Assembly: GCA_016705005.1 (NCBI GenBank)
Contig: JADIZB010000001.1
Coordinates: 156,778-220,777 of the forward strand
Length of the DNA stretch: 64,000 bases
Direction of reading: 5' to 3'
DNA from: Bacteroidales bacterium
GTDB lineage: Bacteria; Bacteroidota; Bacteroidia; Bacteroidales; Lentimicrobiaceae
Of the stretch, positions 49,927 to 60,060 are shown in pieces. A program made the translations under genes and the position numbers. The notes below the pieces were generated by a model. It was not told where the DNA came from, did no database searches, and worked only from the letters and a program-made list of their open reading frames with translations. Numbering within the stretch: the first letter of the stretch is position 1; every line of letters starts with the position of its first letter.

Positions 49927-50655
49927 ATGAAAAACTTATCCATCATCATTCCCGCCTACAATGAAGCAGCCACCATTCACCTGATACTGAACAGGATTCT
50001 CGAAGTAAAGTTTATTTATAATATTGATTATGAGATAATTGTTGTTAATGACTACTCAACAGATGGTACTGCTGAAGCACTGGTGGCATACAAAAACGAT
50101 CATCCGGGATTGAAAATGATCATACATAACCAGGAATCAAATCAGGGAAAAGGAGCCGCACTGCACAAAGGCATCGAATTGGCAACGGGTGACCTTGTTG
50201 TGATTCAGGATGCTGATCTTGAATATGATCCGAAAGAATACAATCTTCTTTTAAAGCCTTTTATGGATGGCGTTGCGGATGTTGTTTACGGATCAAGATT
50301 TAAAGGTATCGGACCTCACAGAATTTTGTTTTTCTGGCACTCCATTGGTAACAATTTCCTGACCTTTCTTTCAAACATGTTTACCAACCTGAACCTGACC
50401 GACATGGAAACATGTTATAAAATGTTCAGGGCTGATATTATAAAAAAAGTTGTTCTTACTGAAACCAGGTTTGGGTTTGAGCCTGAAGTGACTGCACGGA
50501 TTTCACGGGTGCCCGACATCCGTATCTATGAAGTAGGTATTGCGTATTATGGCCGGACCTATGAGGAAGGTAAAAAAATAGGAGCAAGAGACGGTTTCAG
50601 GGCCATTTTCTGCATCCTTAAATATAACCTCTTCGACAGAAGAACCTTCAGATAA
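49927..50655 (+). CDS. GT2 polyprenyl-phosphate glycosyltransferase (DPM1-like)
   Basis: IIIPAYNE, VNDYSTDGT, NQGKGAAL, QDADLEYDP, DMETCYK, FGFEPE. Confidence 0.92.
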   Translation: MKNLSIIIPAYNEAATIHLILNRILEVKFIYNIDYEIIVVNDYSTDGTAEALVAYKNDHPGLKMIIHNQESNQGKGAALHKGIELATGDLVVIQDADLEYDPKEYNLLLKPFMDGVADVVYGSRFKGIGPHRILFFWHSIGNNFLTFLSNMFTNLNLTDMETCYKMFRADIIKKVVLTETRFGFEPEVTARISRVPDIRIYEVGIAYYGRTYEEGKKIGARDGFRAIFCILKYNLFDRRTFR

Positions 50656-50681
50656 TTTTCTTCATTGAAAAAAAAGACAGG

Positions 50682-52487
50682 ATGAGAAATGATTCCAAAT
50701 GGTCGTTATACACGTTCATTATCCTGGCAGGCGCCATAGTTGCAATCAGGTTTATATCAGTCCCCTCAAGGGCTTTAAGCTGGGATGTCTTCGGTTATTA
50801 TCTTTATCTGCCTGCCACATTTATTTATGATGATCCTGGTCTGGTCAAAACTGAATGGCTTGATGGTGTAGTAGAAAAATATGAACCTTCACCTACCCTC
50901 TATCAACTTGTGCCTGCAGTTGATGGCAACCGGGTGATAAAATATACGGCGGGAATGGCATTGCTGTATTCCCCGTTTTTCTTTATTGCACACTGGATAG
51001 CACCGCTGTCAGGCTATCCTGCTGATGGATTCTCTCTTCCTTACCAGTTGATCGTCAGCTTTGGTGGTTTATTCTGGATTGTACTCGGAATCTATGCCTT
51101 CAGGAGAATATTATTAAAATTTTTCAACGATCAAACTACCCTGGTTATTCTGATACTGATTATTACCGGAACAAATTATTTTCATTTAGCCGCACTGGAT
51201 GGAACTCTGCTGACTCATAATATCCTTTTCACCCTTTATGCATTTTTACTGCTTTCGACCATTGCCTGGCACAGTAAACCATCTGCTGGCACTGCCATTT
51301 TCACAGGGTTGCTCTGTGGTCTGATTGCCCTGATCAGGCCTTCCGAAGCGATTTGCTTCCTGATCCCGTTGTTATGGAACACTGGTACCAGAAAAGCAAT
51401 ATATGATAAAATGTCGTTGCTGAGGCGACATCCCCATCATCTGGTTCTGGCGCTTTTCAGCGCTCTGTTGATCGGATCTGTCCAGCTTATATACTGGAAG
51501 AAATTCACAGGAGAATGGTTCTTTTATTCTTACGGTAATCCCGGGGAGGGCTTCAGGTTCTTTCCTCCTTATCTCGGTGAATTTCTTTTCAGCTTCAGGA
51601 AAGGCTGGCTTATTTACACGCCTTTAATGATCGCTGCCCTGGCAGGTTTTATCAGTCTTTACCGCCGGCACAGGGAAATCCTTCCTGCCATTGCAGTTTT
51701 CTTTATTTTAGATCTCTGGGTTGTGTCCTCCTGGAGTTGTTGGTGGTATGCCGGCGGTAGTTTCAGCGCCAGGGCCATCGTACCTGCTTACCTGGTACTT
51801 GCTTTTCCACTGGCATATCTTACCGAAGCCATGCGAGGCCATTGGCGCAGGATTGCAATGATCGTCGCCGGATTGCTTGTGTTGCTCAATTTATTCCAAT
51901 CCTGGCAGTTCTATTCCGGAATTATCGACAAGGAGCGCATGACCCGGGCTTATTATAATGCTATATTCGGCAAAATAGATGTTGACAAGGAAAAACTTGA
52001 CAAATTCCTTCTGGTTGAGCGCAGCACCGAGAGCAGTGAAACCATCAAACACACGGAAAGATACTCAGGTCAGGTAATTTTCGAAACCAACACCATCGCT
52101 GCAACCGATACAGCCGGTGCATTAAAATTGAGCCCGGAGAACCCATTTGCCCCGGGACCTGATATCCCATACAGTACCCTGACCATTAAAGATCATGTCT
52201 GGCTCAGATCCGGTGTTGAAGTATTTCTTCCGGAAGGGTATTCAGGAGCTCCCCCGCTACTGGTAACAGCCTTCCATTATAACGGACAGGCCTATAAATA
52301 CAGGGCTGAAGCCATTCCGGAACCTGACCCGGCCAGAGGAATGTGGCACAAAATTGAGTATTGGTACCTGAGTCCTGAAGTCAGAACAAACCATGATAAT
52401 CTCAAAGTGTACGTTTGGCATAGTGGGGAAACCCCGGTGTTTGTGAGGAATCTCAGGGTTGAGAAGTTTGAGTTGAAAAATGAATAA
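50682..52487 (+). CDS. GT-C-like integral membrane glycosyltransferase with a C-terminal CBM-like domain, copy A
   Basis: SWDVFGYYLYLP in the first loop; about 11 hydrophobic segments; LIRPS; W..WWYAG.SF..R; soluble C-terminal domain. Confidence 0.72.
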   Translation: MRNDSKWSLYTFIILAGAIVAIRFISVPSRALSWDVFGYYLYLPATFIYDDPGLVKTEWLDGVVEKYEPSPTLYQLVPAVDGNRVIKYTAGMALLYSPFFFIAHWIAPLSGYPADGFSLPYQLIVSFGGLFWIVLGIYAFRRILLKFFNDQTTLVILILIITGTNYFHLAALDGTLLTHNILFTLYAFLLLSTIAWHSKPSAGTAIFTGLLCGLIALIRPSEAICFLIPLLWNTGTRKAIYDKMSLLRRHPHHLVLALFSALLIGSVQLIYWKKFTGEWFFYSYGNPGEGFRFFPPYLGEFLFSFRKGWLIYTPLMIAALAGFISLYRRHREILPAIAVFFILDLWVVSSWSCWWYAGGSFSARAIVPAYLVLAFPLAYLTEAMRGHWRRIAMIVAGLLVLLNLFQSWQFYSGIIDKERMTRAYYNAIFGKIDVDKEKLDKFLLVERSTESSETIKHTERYSGQVIFETNTIAATDTAGALKLSPENPFAPGPDIPYSTLTIKDHVWLRSGVEVFLPEGYSGAPPLLVTAFHYNGQAYKYRAEAIPEPDPARGMWHKIEYWYLSPEVRTNHDNLKVYVWHSGETPVFVRNLRVEKFELKNE

Positions 52488-52506
52488 GTCCCGGAATGGA
52501 TTAATT

Positions 52507-55500
52507 TCAGGGGAACCTTACAGAAACATAAAAATCGTCCACATAAAATACCGACCGGCTGTTCCCCCAGAAAAACACCCTGACCTCGTCGTTCTCTGCG
52601 ACGCCTTCGGGAAAATAACCATAGCAGGCAATATCCGACCATTTATCCGGTGTAACCTGCCAGGAGCCTGAACTCACTGATGCAACATATATCGGTTTCC
52701 CATCACGGTGTTGCTGGATAAAAAGTGATGCTCCGGTATAATCCCCCGAGACCTTTGCTTTTACATATACTTCATATGGCTTTTTTGTCTGCATTGAGTG
52801 CGGGTGCCATTTGAACGAGTAACTACCGTGATTCAGGCTGTCGATGCGGTCAGAGAATCTTCCGCTCAGTGAATGAAGGCTATCCATCGCCGTAGCGTTT
52901 CCATTCCAGCCAAAGACAGGTTTCTCGAAATCATTGAATGATGAAAATCCATTGATGTCTGTTCCTTCCGAAAAAATCATCAGACTACCGGATGCCACCT
53001 TGTGGTTTTCAATAAGATCGGGCCATCTGTTTCGGAAAGACGCAAAAGCCACGTCGGGAAGCGGGGCATAAAGGTTGATCAGTGCAATTTTTTGCGTATT
53101 AAGCTGTTCAATACATCCGATGAGATCGCTCAAACCCTTCTGATATGTTAGGTTATGCAGAAAATATCTTCCCTTGAAACCAACTTCCATCAATGATTCT
53201 ACCATTAACTGTTTATCATCGGTATTACAAACCAAATTCGTTATCCCTGATCTGACGACATCTTGGGCCACTGCACGATACTTTTCTGCCTTTTCCTGCC
53301 CGTACGAAGAAGTCGGATCGAACCGGTTGAAAATCAGCAGGGCAAGCAACATCCATAAGGCGCAAACCAGAATAATTCTGAATATTACAGGCTTATGTCT
53401 GAATTGAATAATAATCAGTAGTGTGATCAGGATCAGCAAAACAAAATACGAAATCAGGAATCCGATGAAAACAGGCCGGTTAGAATAGGAGAAAGTGATC
53501 GTGTGCTTTCCGGGACCGCAAATCACACTGATAAACATTTTATTGGAAACAAACGCTGGTGCTTCCTTGCCATCTATGGTCACTCTCCATCCCGGATACC
53601 AGGCCTGAAGCAGGGTCACAGCGACCTTACGCTGGCAGTTCACGATGGCCTCTGCGTAGCCTGGATAAAACCCGGTTATCTTTACCGAATCACCTGGTGA
53701 GCATTTTAAAACGCCGAAATCTTTCCTGTAAACCTGCTTCTCAACAAAAAGGGCTGTCCCGATGTCGGTTGATGACTCCAGATCGCCTTTACCAAAGGGC
53801 AGTACCTTGTCCGACAAATAAACAATCTCATTATTGAGGATTGAACCGGCAAGTTCAGGCAAAGAATCGGCAAGCTGATCGTATCCGTTCAACCTGAACG
53901 AATTGTACCCTTCGAATGAAACCGTCTTGTTGAAAATATTGGTATTCTGCCAGATTACAGAGCAGGAGGCATTTTTTTCCGTATTGACTGAAACGGGCAT
54001 CCCGGGAACCGGAAGCGGAAATCCGTCAGCCTTCTGCTTCAGAATATGATTGATTTCAAAGGGATCGATTCCTGCGGAAACAACGGTATAATATGTATTT
54101 AACTGAACGGCTGCCAACATTTCAACCACAATCAACACTGGTATATACCTGTATCCGGAACCGGACTTCCGGATAACGAGAAGTAGAAAGGTCAGAACGA
54201 CAACCATTTGTATTACCGCCTGAATTACAATATGCTCATGCCGGGAAGGCTGCCGAAGCCAGTCAGGAAAGTCACCCGCTGGTTTGAGAAATGAAAAACC
54301 CTCATGGTTCATAGCGACCAGCGAATTGGCCATCAGAGCAATTATTACTACTGTAAAAGCGCTGGCGATGATGATCAGCCGCTTTCTGTAAATCATCGGG
54401 TCCGACAGATAAGATCCAAGCCCGGATGCGGCCGCTGGAATGATGGCAAGGACTGCAAAAAAGACAAAGAAACTTGAATGCCTGAACAGGTTGAACAAGG
54501 GCACATAATGGTAGAGCATCCCCCTGACCGGTGTATATTTGCCAAATGATGCCAGCAGCGCAACCAGTCCGAAAACCAGAAAAACATTCAGCAGGAACTT
54601 TCTCCTTGAAAACAGCACCAGAACGAAAAAGAACAACACGATGAGTCCTGCATAAGCATTGTTCATCGAGATATCAGTATCATACCATTCAACCTCTTTA
54701 ACTGTTGCAAAAGGAAGTAAAAAGGAGATGGCAGAGCGGGGGGAAAAGGGCATAAACCAGGCATCTTCAATGCTCACCCCACTCAGCCGGCCAACCTGCC
54801 CTGAGACCTGGAAGAAAGTTATGGCAATGACCAGAAGTGACAATGCAGTTATCAGTAAAAGGGCCCCGTTGAGTTTCAGCAATTGCAACACTTCCTCTTT
54901 TTTACCGGCCGAAAAATACCTGATGAAGTATACCGTGAACACGGCAATCATCAGGTAAATCAGTATTGCCCACATGGCCTGATATCCGCCGGTAACAAGC
55001 AGGAATGTAAAAATGGCCGTACGGATCGCATCCGGAAACTTTCGTTCTTTCTGCAGCCGGATAAAATAATACAGAACAAAGGGTATCCAGGTTGCTGCTA
55101 TGATTCCGAACATCTCCTGCCCGTGTCCGACAAAGAAACCCGACATCAGATAGGCAACTCCTGCGACAAACTGCGCTCTCCTGTCATCGGTAAAATGCCG
55201 CGAAAGCAAAAACATCCCCCATCCCGACAGGGAAATGTGGAGGATAAACAGCAAATGCAGCGTAAGATAGGAATAACCGGTGGTCAGCCCGATGATGAAT
55301 GTTTCAGGATACCAGACCGAACGCAGATCGGCATGAATCGGATAACCACAATGTGTATATGGGTTCCAGAAGGGGAAAACCCCGTTTTGCAGACATTCAC
55401 CCACATGGTAACGCCAGGGAAGGTAACAGCCCAGCATATCCCACTTAAAGCCGTTCTGAAGGAAAGCAACCTGCCAGTATGCCAGAATAGCCAGAGCCAC

Positions 55501-55545
55501 AAAAGCCGGAAAAATATAATAATCAGCCCGTTTTTTCTGAAGCAT
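52507..55545 (-). CDS. YfhO family membrane protein (GT-C-like) with a C-terminal CBM-like domain
   Basis: 1012 aa; WDMLGCYLPW, PFWNPYTHCGYP.HAD, QAWYPGWRVTIDG, ITFSY. Confidence 0.85.
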   Translation of the reverse strand: MLQKKRADYYIFPAFVALAILAYWQVAFLQNGFKWDMLGCYLPWRYHVGECLQNGVFPFWNPYTHCGYPIHADLRSVWYPETFIIGLTTGYSYLTLHLLFILHISLSGWGMFLLSRHFTDDRRAQFVAGVAYLMSGFFVGHGQEMFGIIAATWIPFVLYYFIRLQKERKFPDAIRTAIFTFLLVTGGYQAMWAILIYLMIAVFTVYFIRYFSAGKKEEVLQLLKLNGALLLITALSLLVIAITFFQVSGQVGRLSGVSIEDAWFMPFSPRSAISFLLPFATVKEVEWYDTDISMNNAYAGLIVLFFFVLVLFSRRKFLLNVFLVFGLVALLASFGKYTPVRGMLYHYVPLFNLFRHSSFFVFFAVLAIIPAAASGLGSYLSDPMIYRKRLIIIASAFTVVIIALMANSLVAMNHEGFSFLKPAGDFPDWLRQPSRHEHIVIQAVIQMVVVLTFLLLVIRKSGSGYRYIPVLIVVEMLAAVQLNTYYTVVSAGIDPFEINHILKQKADGFPLPVPGMPVSVNTEKNASCSVIWQNTNIFNKTVSFEGYNSFRLNGYDQLADSLPELAGSILNNEIVYLSDKVLPFGKGDLESSTDIGTALFVEKQVYRKDFGVLKCSPGDSVKITGFYPGYAEAIVNCQRKVAVTLLQAWYPGWRVTIDGKEAPAFVSNKMFISVICGPGKHTITFSYSNRPVFIGFLISYFVLLILITLLIIIQFRHKPVIFRIILVCALWMLLALLIFNRFDPTSSYGQEKAEKYRAVAQDVVRSGITNLVCNTDDKQLMVESLMEVGFKGRYFLHNLTYQKGLSDLIGCIEQLNTQKIALINLYAPLPDVAFASFRNRWPDLIENHKVASGSLMIFSEGTDINGFSSFNDFEKPVFGWNGNATAMDSLHSLSGRFSDRIDSLNHGSYSFKWHPHSMQTKKPYEVYVKAKVSGDYTGASLFIQQHRDGKPIYVASVSSGSWQVTPDKWSDIACYGYFPEGVAENDEVRVFFWGNSRSVFYVDDFYVSVRFP

Positions 55546-55634
55546 ACTAACTGAAAAGGATTGGTGAAGCGAATGTAAGGAGAAATTCGTGAATCATTCA
55601 GGGTAAAATATAGCTATCTTAGCCACTGCCAATG

Positions 55635-55642
55635 CAAAGTTA
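55635..55642 (-). promoter_or_regulatory. -7 promoter box for yfhO, next to the start of the divergent GT2
   Basis: taactttg on the minus strand, 5 bp from ATG 55648 on the plus strand. Confidence 0.45.
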
Positions 55643-55647
55643 CAGTT

Positions 55648-56571
55648 ATGAATTTTTCAGTTTCGGTGGTCATCCCCTGCTTCAACGAAAAAGATAATAT
55701 TGACATCCTCTACCGGCATCTATCAATAGTGCTTGAAGCTTACCCTGACTATGAGCTGATCTTTGTGGATGACGGAAGTACGGACGATACGCTCGAAACC
55801 ATCCGTTCTGTCGCAGAAAAAGATCCCAGGGTCAGATACATCTCTCTTTCGAGAAATTTCGGGCACCAGTATGCCCTGAAAGCAGGGCTGGACCACGCCG
55901 GGGGTGACTGTGTCATCAGCATGGATGCCGATATGCAGCATCCGCCGGAACTGATCCCTGCAATGATTGAAAAATGGCGTGAAGGTTACGAGGTGGTAAA
56001 TACCATCAGGGGAGATCAGAAATCACTATCAGCCTCAAAAAAGCTCTCATCCGGTTTATTTTATTTTATCATCAACAGGCTTTCTTCGGTTGAAATCAAA
56101 CCCGGAATCGCAGACTTCCGCCTGCTCGACCGAAAAGTTGTTGATGCCCTGAAACAGTTCAGTGAAAATCACCTTTTTTTGAGGGGGCTGATACCCTGGA
56201 TGGGATTCAGGCAGACATCCGTTCATTTTGAACCCGCTGACAGGCATAAAGGAACAACAAAATATACTTTTACCCGAATGCTGCGACTCGCACTTGATGG
56301 GATCACTTCATTCAGCAGCAGACCTCTTTACCTTTCGATCTCAGTAGGATCGATCATAGCAGGTATTGCTTTCCTGTATGGGATTTATGCTGTTTATGTG
56401 CATCTTTTTACCGATGACGCCTTGCCGGGATGGACTTCCATTACGGCTAGCGTCCTGTTCATCGGTGGCATACAATTGATTATGCTGGGAATAATCGGTA
56501 TTTATCTTGGGAAGCTTTTCATTGAAAACAAAAAGAGACCTAACTATATCATCAGAACAAAGAATTTCTGA
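55648..56571 (+). CDS. GT2 undecaprenyl-phosphate glycosyltransferase (GtrB/ArnC-like)
   Basis: VIPCFNE, VDDGSTD, LSRNFGHQ, MDADMQHPPE, DFRLLDRKVV, two C-terminal TMs, ENKKRPNY. Confidence 0.93.
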   Translation: MNFSVSVVIPCFNEKDNIDILYRHLSIVLEAYPDYELIFVDDGSTDDTLETIRSVAEKDPRVRYISLSRNFGHQYALKAGLDHAGGDCVISMDADMQHPPELIPAMIEKWREGYEVVNTIRGDQKSLSASKKLSSGLFYFIINRLSSVEIKPGIADFRLLDRKVVDALKQFSENHLFLRGLIPWMGFRQTSVHFEPADRHKGTTKYTFTRMLRLALDGITSFSSRPLYLSISVGSIIAGIAFLYGIYAVYVHLFTDDALPGWTSITASVLFIGGIQLIMLGIIGIYLGKLFIENKKRPNYIIRTKNF

Positions 56572-56741
56572 TGTTCTGACGATCCATGGCAAGGAAGCAG
56601 GATTGCCGCACAGCAACGTTTCCGACACCAAAGAATGAGGTTAGTCATTGAAAATTCCGGAAGTCAAGAACCAGTGACTGATCTCCGCATCATATTTTTT
56701 ACCAGGAATTCTTCGTTATTTCGTCATTAAAACATTTTGCG

Positions 56742-58592
56742 ATGAAAATTAAGCTTCCAGACCTGAAACACCGGTATTCCTTCTTCGCTTTAACACTTCT
56801 GGTGCTGACCATTGCCATTGTCAGGGTCATGACGCTGTCGGATAACGAACTGAGCTGGGATGTCTTCGGGTATTATATTCATCTGCCGGCGGCTTTTATC
56901 TATCACGATCATGCCCTGCAGAACATGGGGTGGATTCAGGATATCATGTCAAAATACCCGGTAACCGGAACCCTCTACCAGTTAAGCACCGGGCCCGATG
57001 GAAATCCGATCTTCTTTTTTCTGATGGGCATGTCATTTTTTTATGCCCCCTGGTTTTTTGCCGGTCATATACTGGCAATGAGTTCCGGTTATCCTGCCGA
57101 TGGTTTCAGCCTTCCATACCAGTATTCCATTGCCCTCGGTGCCATCTTGTATACCATTATCGGCCTGGTTTACCTCCGGAAAATTCTGCTCGGGCTGTTC
57201 AATGATAAAATCACTTCACTGATCCTCGTTATTGTTGTACTTGGGACCAATTACCTTCATTTTATGACGGTAAAGAACCTTGAAACAGCCAATATCCTTT
57301 TTATGATGGTGACCCTCATTACCTGGAACACCATCCGTTGGTTACAGGATCATAAACTGCTCAATATGATTGCCCTGGCTGCCCTGGTTGTGCTTACCGC
57401 CCTGGTGAAACCAAGTGAAGTCATGGTGCTGCTTATTCCGCTGCTCTGGGGGGTGTATAACCGCGAATCACTGGCCGTTAAACTGAAAGAATTCTGGCAA
57501 TACAGATCGCAGGTGCTGATTGCCGTTGGTGTTGGTTTGATCCTTGCCCTTCCCCAGATGCTCTATTGGAAAACCGAAACCGGTCACTTCCTGTTCGACA
57601 GTTACAAAAATCCAGGGGTCGGACTGGATTTGAATTCACCGCACATCATTGAGGTGTTGTTCAGCTTTAAGAAGGGATGGCTGATCTACACCCCGGTTAT
57701 GATTTTCGCCCTCCTTGGTTTCTCATCGCTTTACCGAAGAAACAGGGCGATATTCACCCCGGTGCTTATTTATTCCCTCATCGCGTTCTACATCCTTGCC
57801 AGCTGGACTGAATGGTGGTATGGCGCTTCTTTCAGCATACGACCGATGATCACCCTCTATCCGTTACTGGCAATACCACTCGGGTACATGGCTGAAGCTG
57901 TTTATAACAGGAAAAATGCCTCCCGGATAATTTTTACTACTGCTGTGGCAGGCTTCGTGGCATTAAACCTTTTCCAGACATGGCAGCTGAACAATTACAT
58001 AATAGATCCTTACCGGATGACGAAGGACTACTATTTCGCCATTTTCGGAAAAACAACCATCAGTCCCGAAACGCGCAACCTGCTGGCCATCGACCGGCCT
58101 TTGACTGAGACCGGAACTTTTACAAAGGAAACGGAATACAACCGGAGAAATATCGGATATTATGATTTTGAACAGCCGGACACCAACAGATATCAGAATT
58201 TTGTGACAGATTCGCTACATGGAAAGGTATTCCGTCTTGACGAAAACATGGGATTTTCTCCCGAAATCAGAACTTCGTACAGTGGTCTGACCAATAAGGA
58301 CCATGCCTGGATCAGGGCGGGTGTGGATGTTTTTATTCCTGACGGCTACAGTGAAGAACTGCCCTTGCTGGTGCTCACCTTTGAGCGGAAGGAAGGTGCC
58401 TATGGCTACCGCTCTTACGGAATTGATACTTCAATCTATAAACCCGGCCAATGGGGCAAAATTCAGGTGGATTACCTTACACCCAACATCCGGAGCAACG
58501 ATGACTTTTTCAAGATATACATCTGGCACCGTGGAAAAAGTCCGGTATTCATCGACAACCTGAAAGCGGATGTTTTTGAGCCCCGCTATTGA
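56742..58592 (+). CDS. GT-C-like integral membrane glycosyltransferase with a C-terminal CBM-like domain, copy B
   Basis: SWDVFGYYIHLP, GYPADGFSLPYQ, LVKPSE, W.EWWYG.SF..R; paralog of 50682..52487. Confidence 0.72.
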   Translation: MKIKLPDLKHRYSFFALTLLVLTIAIVRVMTLSDNELSWDVFGYYIHLPAAFIYHDHALQNMGWIQDIMSKYPVTGTLYQLSTGPDGNPIFFFLMGMSFFYAPWFFAGHILAMSSGYPADGFSLPYQYSIALGAILYTIIGLVYLRKILLGLFNDKITSLILVIVVLGTNYLHFMTVKNLETANILFMMVTLITWNTIRWLQDHKLLNMIALAALVVLTALVKPSEVMVLLIPLLWGVYNRESLAVKLKEFWQYRSQVLIAVGVGLILALPQMLYWKTETGHFLFDSYKNPGVGLDLNSPHIIEVLFSFKKGWLIYTPVMIFALLGFSSLYRRNRAIFTPVLIYSLIAFYILASWTEWWYGASFSIRPMITLYPLLAIPLGYMAEAVYNRKNASRIIFTTAVAGFVALNLFQTWQLNNYIIDPYRMTKDYYFAIFGKTTISPETRNLLAIDRPLTETGTFTKETEYNRRNIGYYDFEQPDTNRYQNFVTDSLHGKVFRLDENMGFSPEIRTSYSGLTNKDHAWIRAGVDVFIPDGYSEELPLLVLTFERKEGAYGYRSYGIDTSIYKPGQWGKIQVDYLTPNIRSNDDFFKIYIWHRGKSPVFIDNLKADVFEPRY

Positions 58593-58626
58593 GGCTTACT
58601 TTCCCTGAATTTATAAAGATAATTTC

Positions 58627-60060
58627 TCAATCAATGAATTTGATCTTATTCAGGGCATAGGCAACCATCCTGATCAGCAACCATCCATGCCGGAAGCGTG
58701 AGATGTTGGTGTCGCCGTATTTCCTGGCCCTGTAGCGGATGGGTACTTCCAGCAGTTTCAGGTTAAGTTTTGACGAGCCGAAAATAAGATCAAAATCACC
58801 AAACGGATCAAAGTTACCAAAGTAGGAACGGTTCGCCGCCAGTCTCCGGTAATTTTCAGCTGTCAGTACTTTTGTCCCGCAAAGGGTATCTTTGATGCGC
58901 TGACCCAGCAACCAGGAAAACATAACAGAGAAAAATTTATTTCCCATCATATTGAGGGTGCGCATGGCCTCCTCCTCCATCGGGTAAACCAGGCGTGTTC
59001 CGTTGATGAATTCTCCGCGGCCGGTTGCCAGGGCATTGTAAAACTTCGGAAGATCTTCAGGCGGTACCGTAAGGTCAGCATCCAGGATCATCAGGACATC
59101 TCCCGTTGCATGGTCATATCCCTTACGAACAGCATCACCCTTTCCTTTGCCCTCCTGAATAAGAAATTTAACATCTCTTTTCCCGATATAAGCTTCACAA
59201 ACGCGTTTAATTTCATCCAGGGTGCCATCGGTGGAGTTACCCTCAACAAAAATAATCTCGGTATGTCGTCCCATTTCCGGGGTACGGATAACAGCCTCTT
59301 CAATGTTGCCTTTTTCATTTCTCGCAGGAATGATCACCGATACTGAAAAGTCACTGTTGTTGTGCGGGCGGAGTTGCGGCAGCCTGGCCACGATGTATCC
59401 TGTAAGGCACAGGCTGTTGAATAACGGCAGGTAAGCGATGTATTTATTGAAGAACCATGAGATCAGTGGTATGTTAACAGGAACCAGAAACCGCTTTCCT
59501 GACTTCACCACATCAAATCCTTCAACCTGCAACAGGTTGATCACATCACCCCGGTTGAGCCAGTTGAGACGTGGATGAGGCATTTTCAACCCGAGTTTCT
59601 GGGCAATCCACATCAGGGGTTCCCATAAAAAGCTATGGTAGGAAATCAGGATACGCGATCCCGGATGAACTACTTTTTTAAGCTCACTGAATGCAGCCTG
59701 AATGTCCTCCAGATAACCCAGTGTATCAGAAATAACAACAAAATCATAGTGCTCCTTGATGTTCAGCTGCTCTGCATCCATCACTTCAAACTTCAGGTGG
59801 GGATATTTTTCCCCGGCAATCCTGATCATTGAAGGAGAAAGATCGATACCCATTCCCGCCGATGGTTTCAGGGCGTTAAGCAGATAACCGGTTCCGCATC
59901 CGATTTCAAGCACCCTGGAACCCTCCGGAATATTGAACCTGAAAAACCGCACCAGGTTTTTATAGTAATATAAATTCCTGCGAATGTACCTGTCGCGCTT
60001 TTGAGCGATGCGCTCCATGGATTCAGTTACCCTTCGCTTATTTTCCGTTAACAGGCTCAT
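58627..60060 (-). CDS. Class I SAM methyltransferase / GT2 fusion
   Basis: VLEIGCGTG, GIDLS in the N-terminal half; IIPARNE, GKGKGDAV, ILDADL, DTLCGTK in the C-terminal half. Confidence 0.9.
   Translation of the reverse strand: MSLLTENKRRVTESMERIAQKRDRYIRRNLYYYKNLVRFFRFNIPEGSRVLEIGCGTGYLLNALKPSAGMGIDLSPSMIRIAGEKYPHLKFEVMDAEQLNIKEHYDFVVISDTLGYLEDIQAAFSELKKVVHPGSRILISYHSFLWEPLMWIAQKLGLKMPHPRLNWLNRGDVINLLQVEGFDVVKSGKRFLVPVNIPLISWFFNKYIAYLPLFNSLCLTGYIVARLPQLRPHNNSDFSVSVIIPARNEKGNIEEAVIRTPEMGRHTEIIFVEGNSTDGTLDEIKRVCEAYIGKRDVKFLIQEGKGKGDAVRKGYDHATGDVLMILDADLTVPPEDLPKFYNALATGRGEFINGTRLVYPMEEEAMRTLNMMGNKFFSVMFSWLLGQRIKDTLCGTKVLTAENYRRLAANRSYFGNFDPFGDFDLIFGSSKLNLKLLEVPIRYRARKYGDTNISRFRHGWLLIRMVAYALNKIKFID

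Noticed and set aside
56585-56612. gcaaggaagcag, resembling SRP RNA domain IV
   Set aside because: The 5' CAGG strand and the CC closing pairs of the GNRA loop are missing
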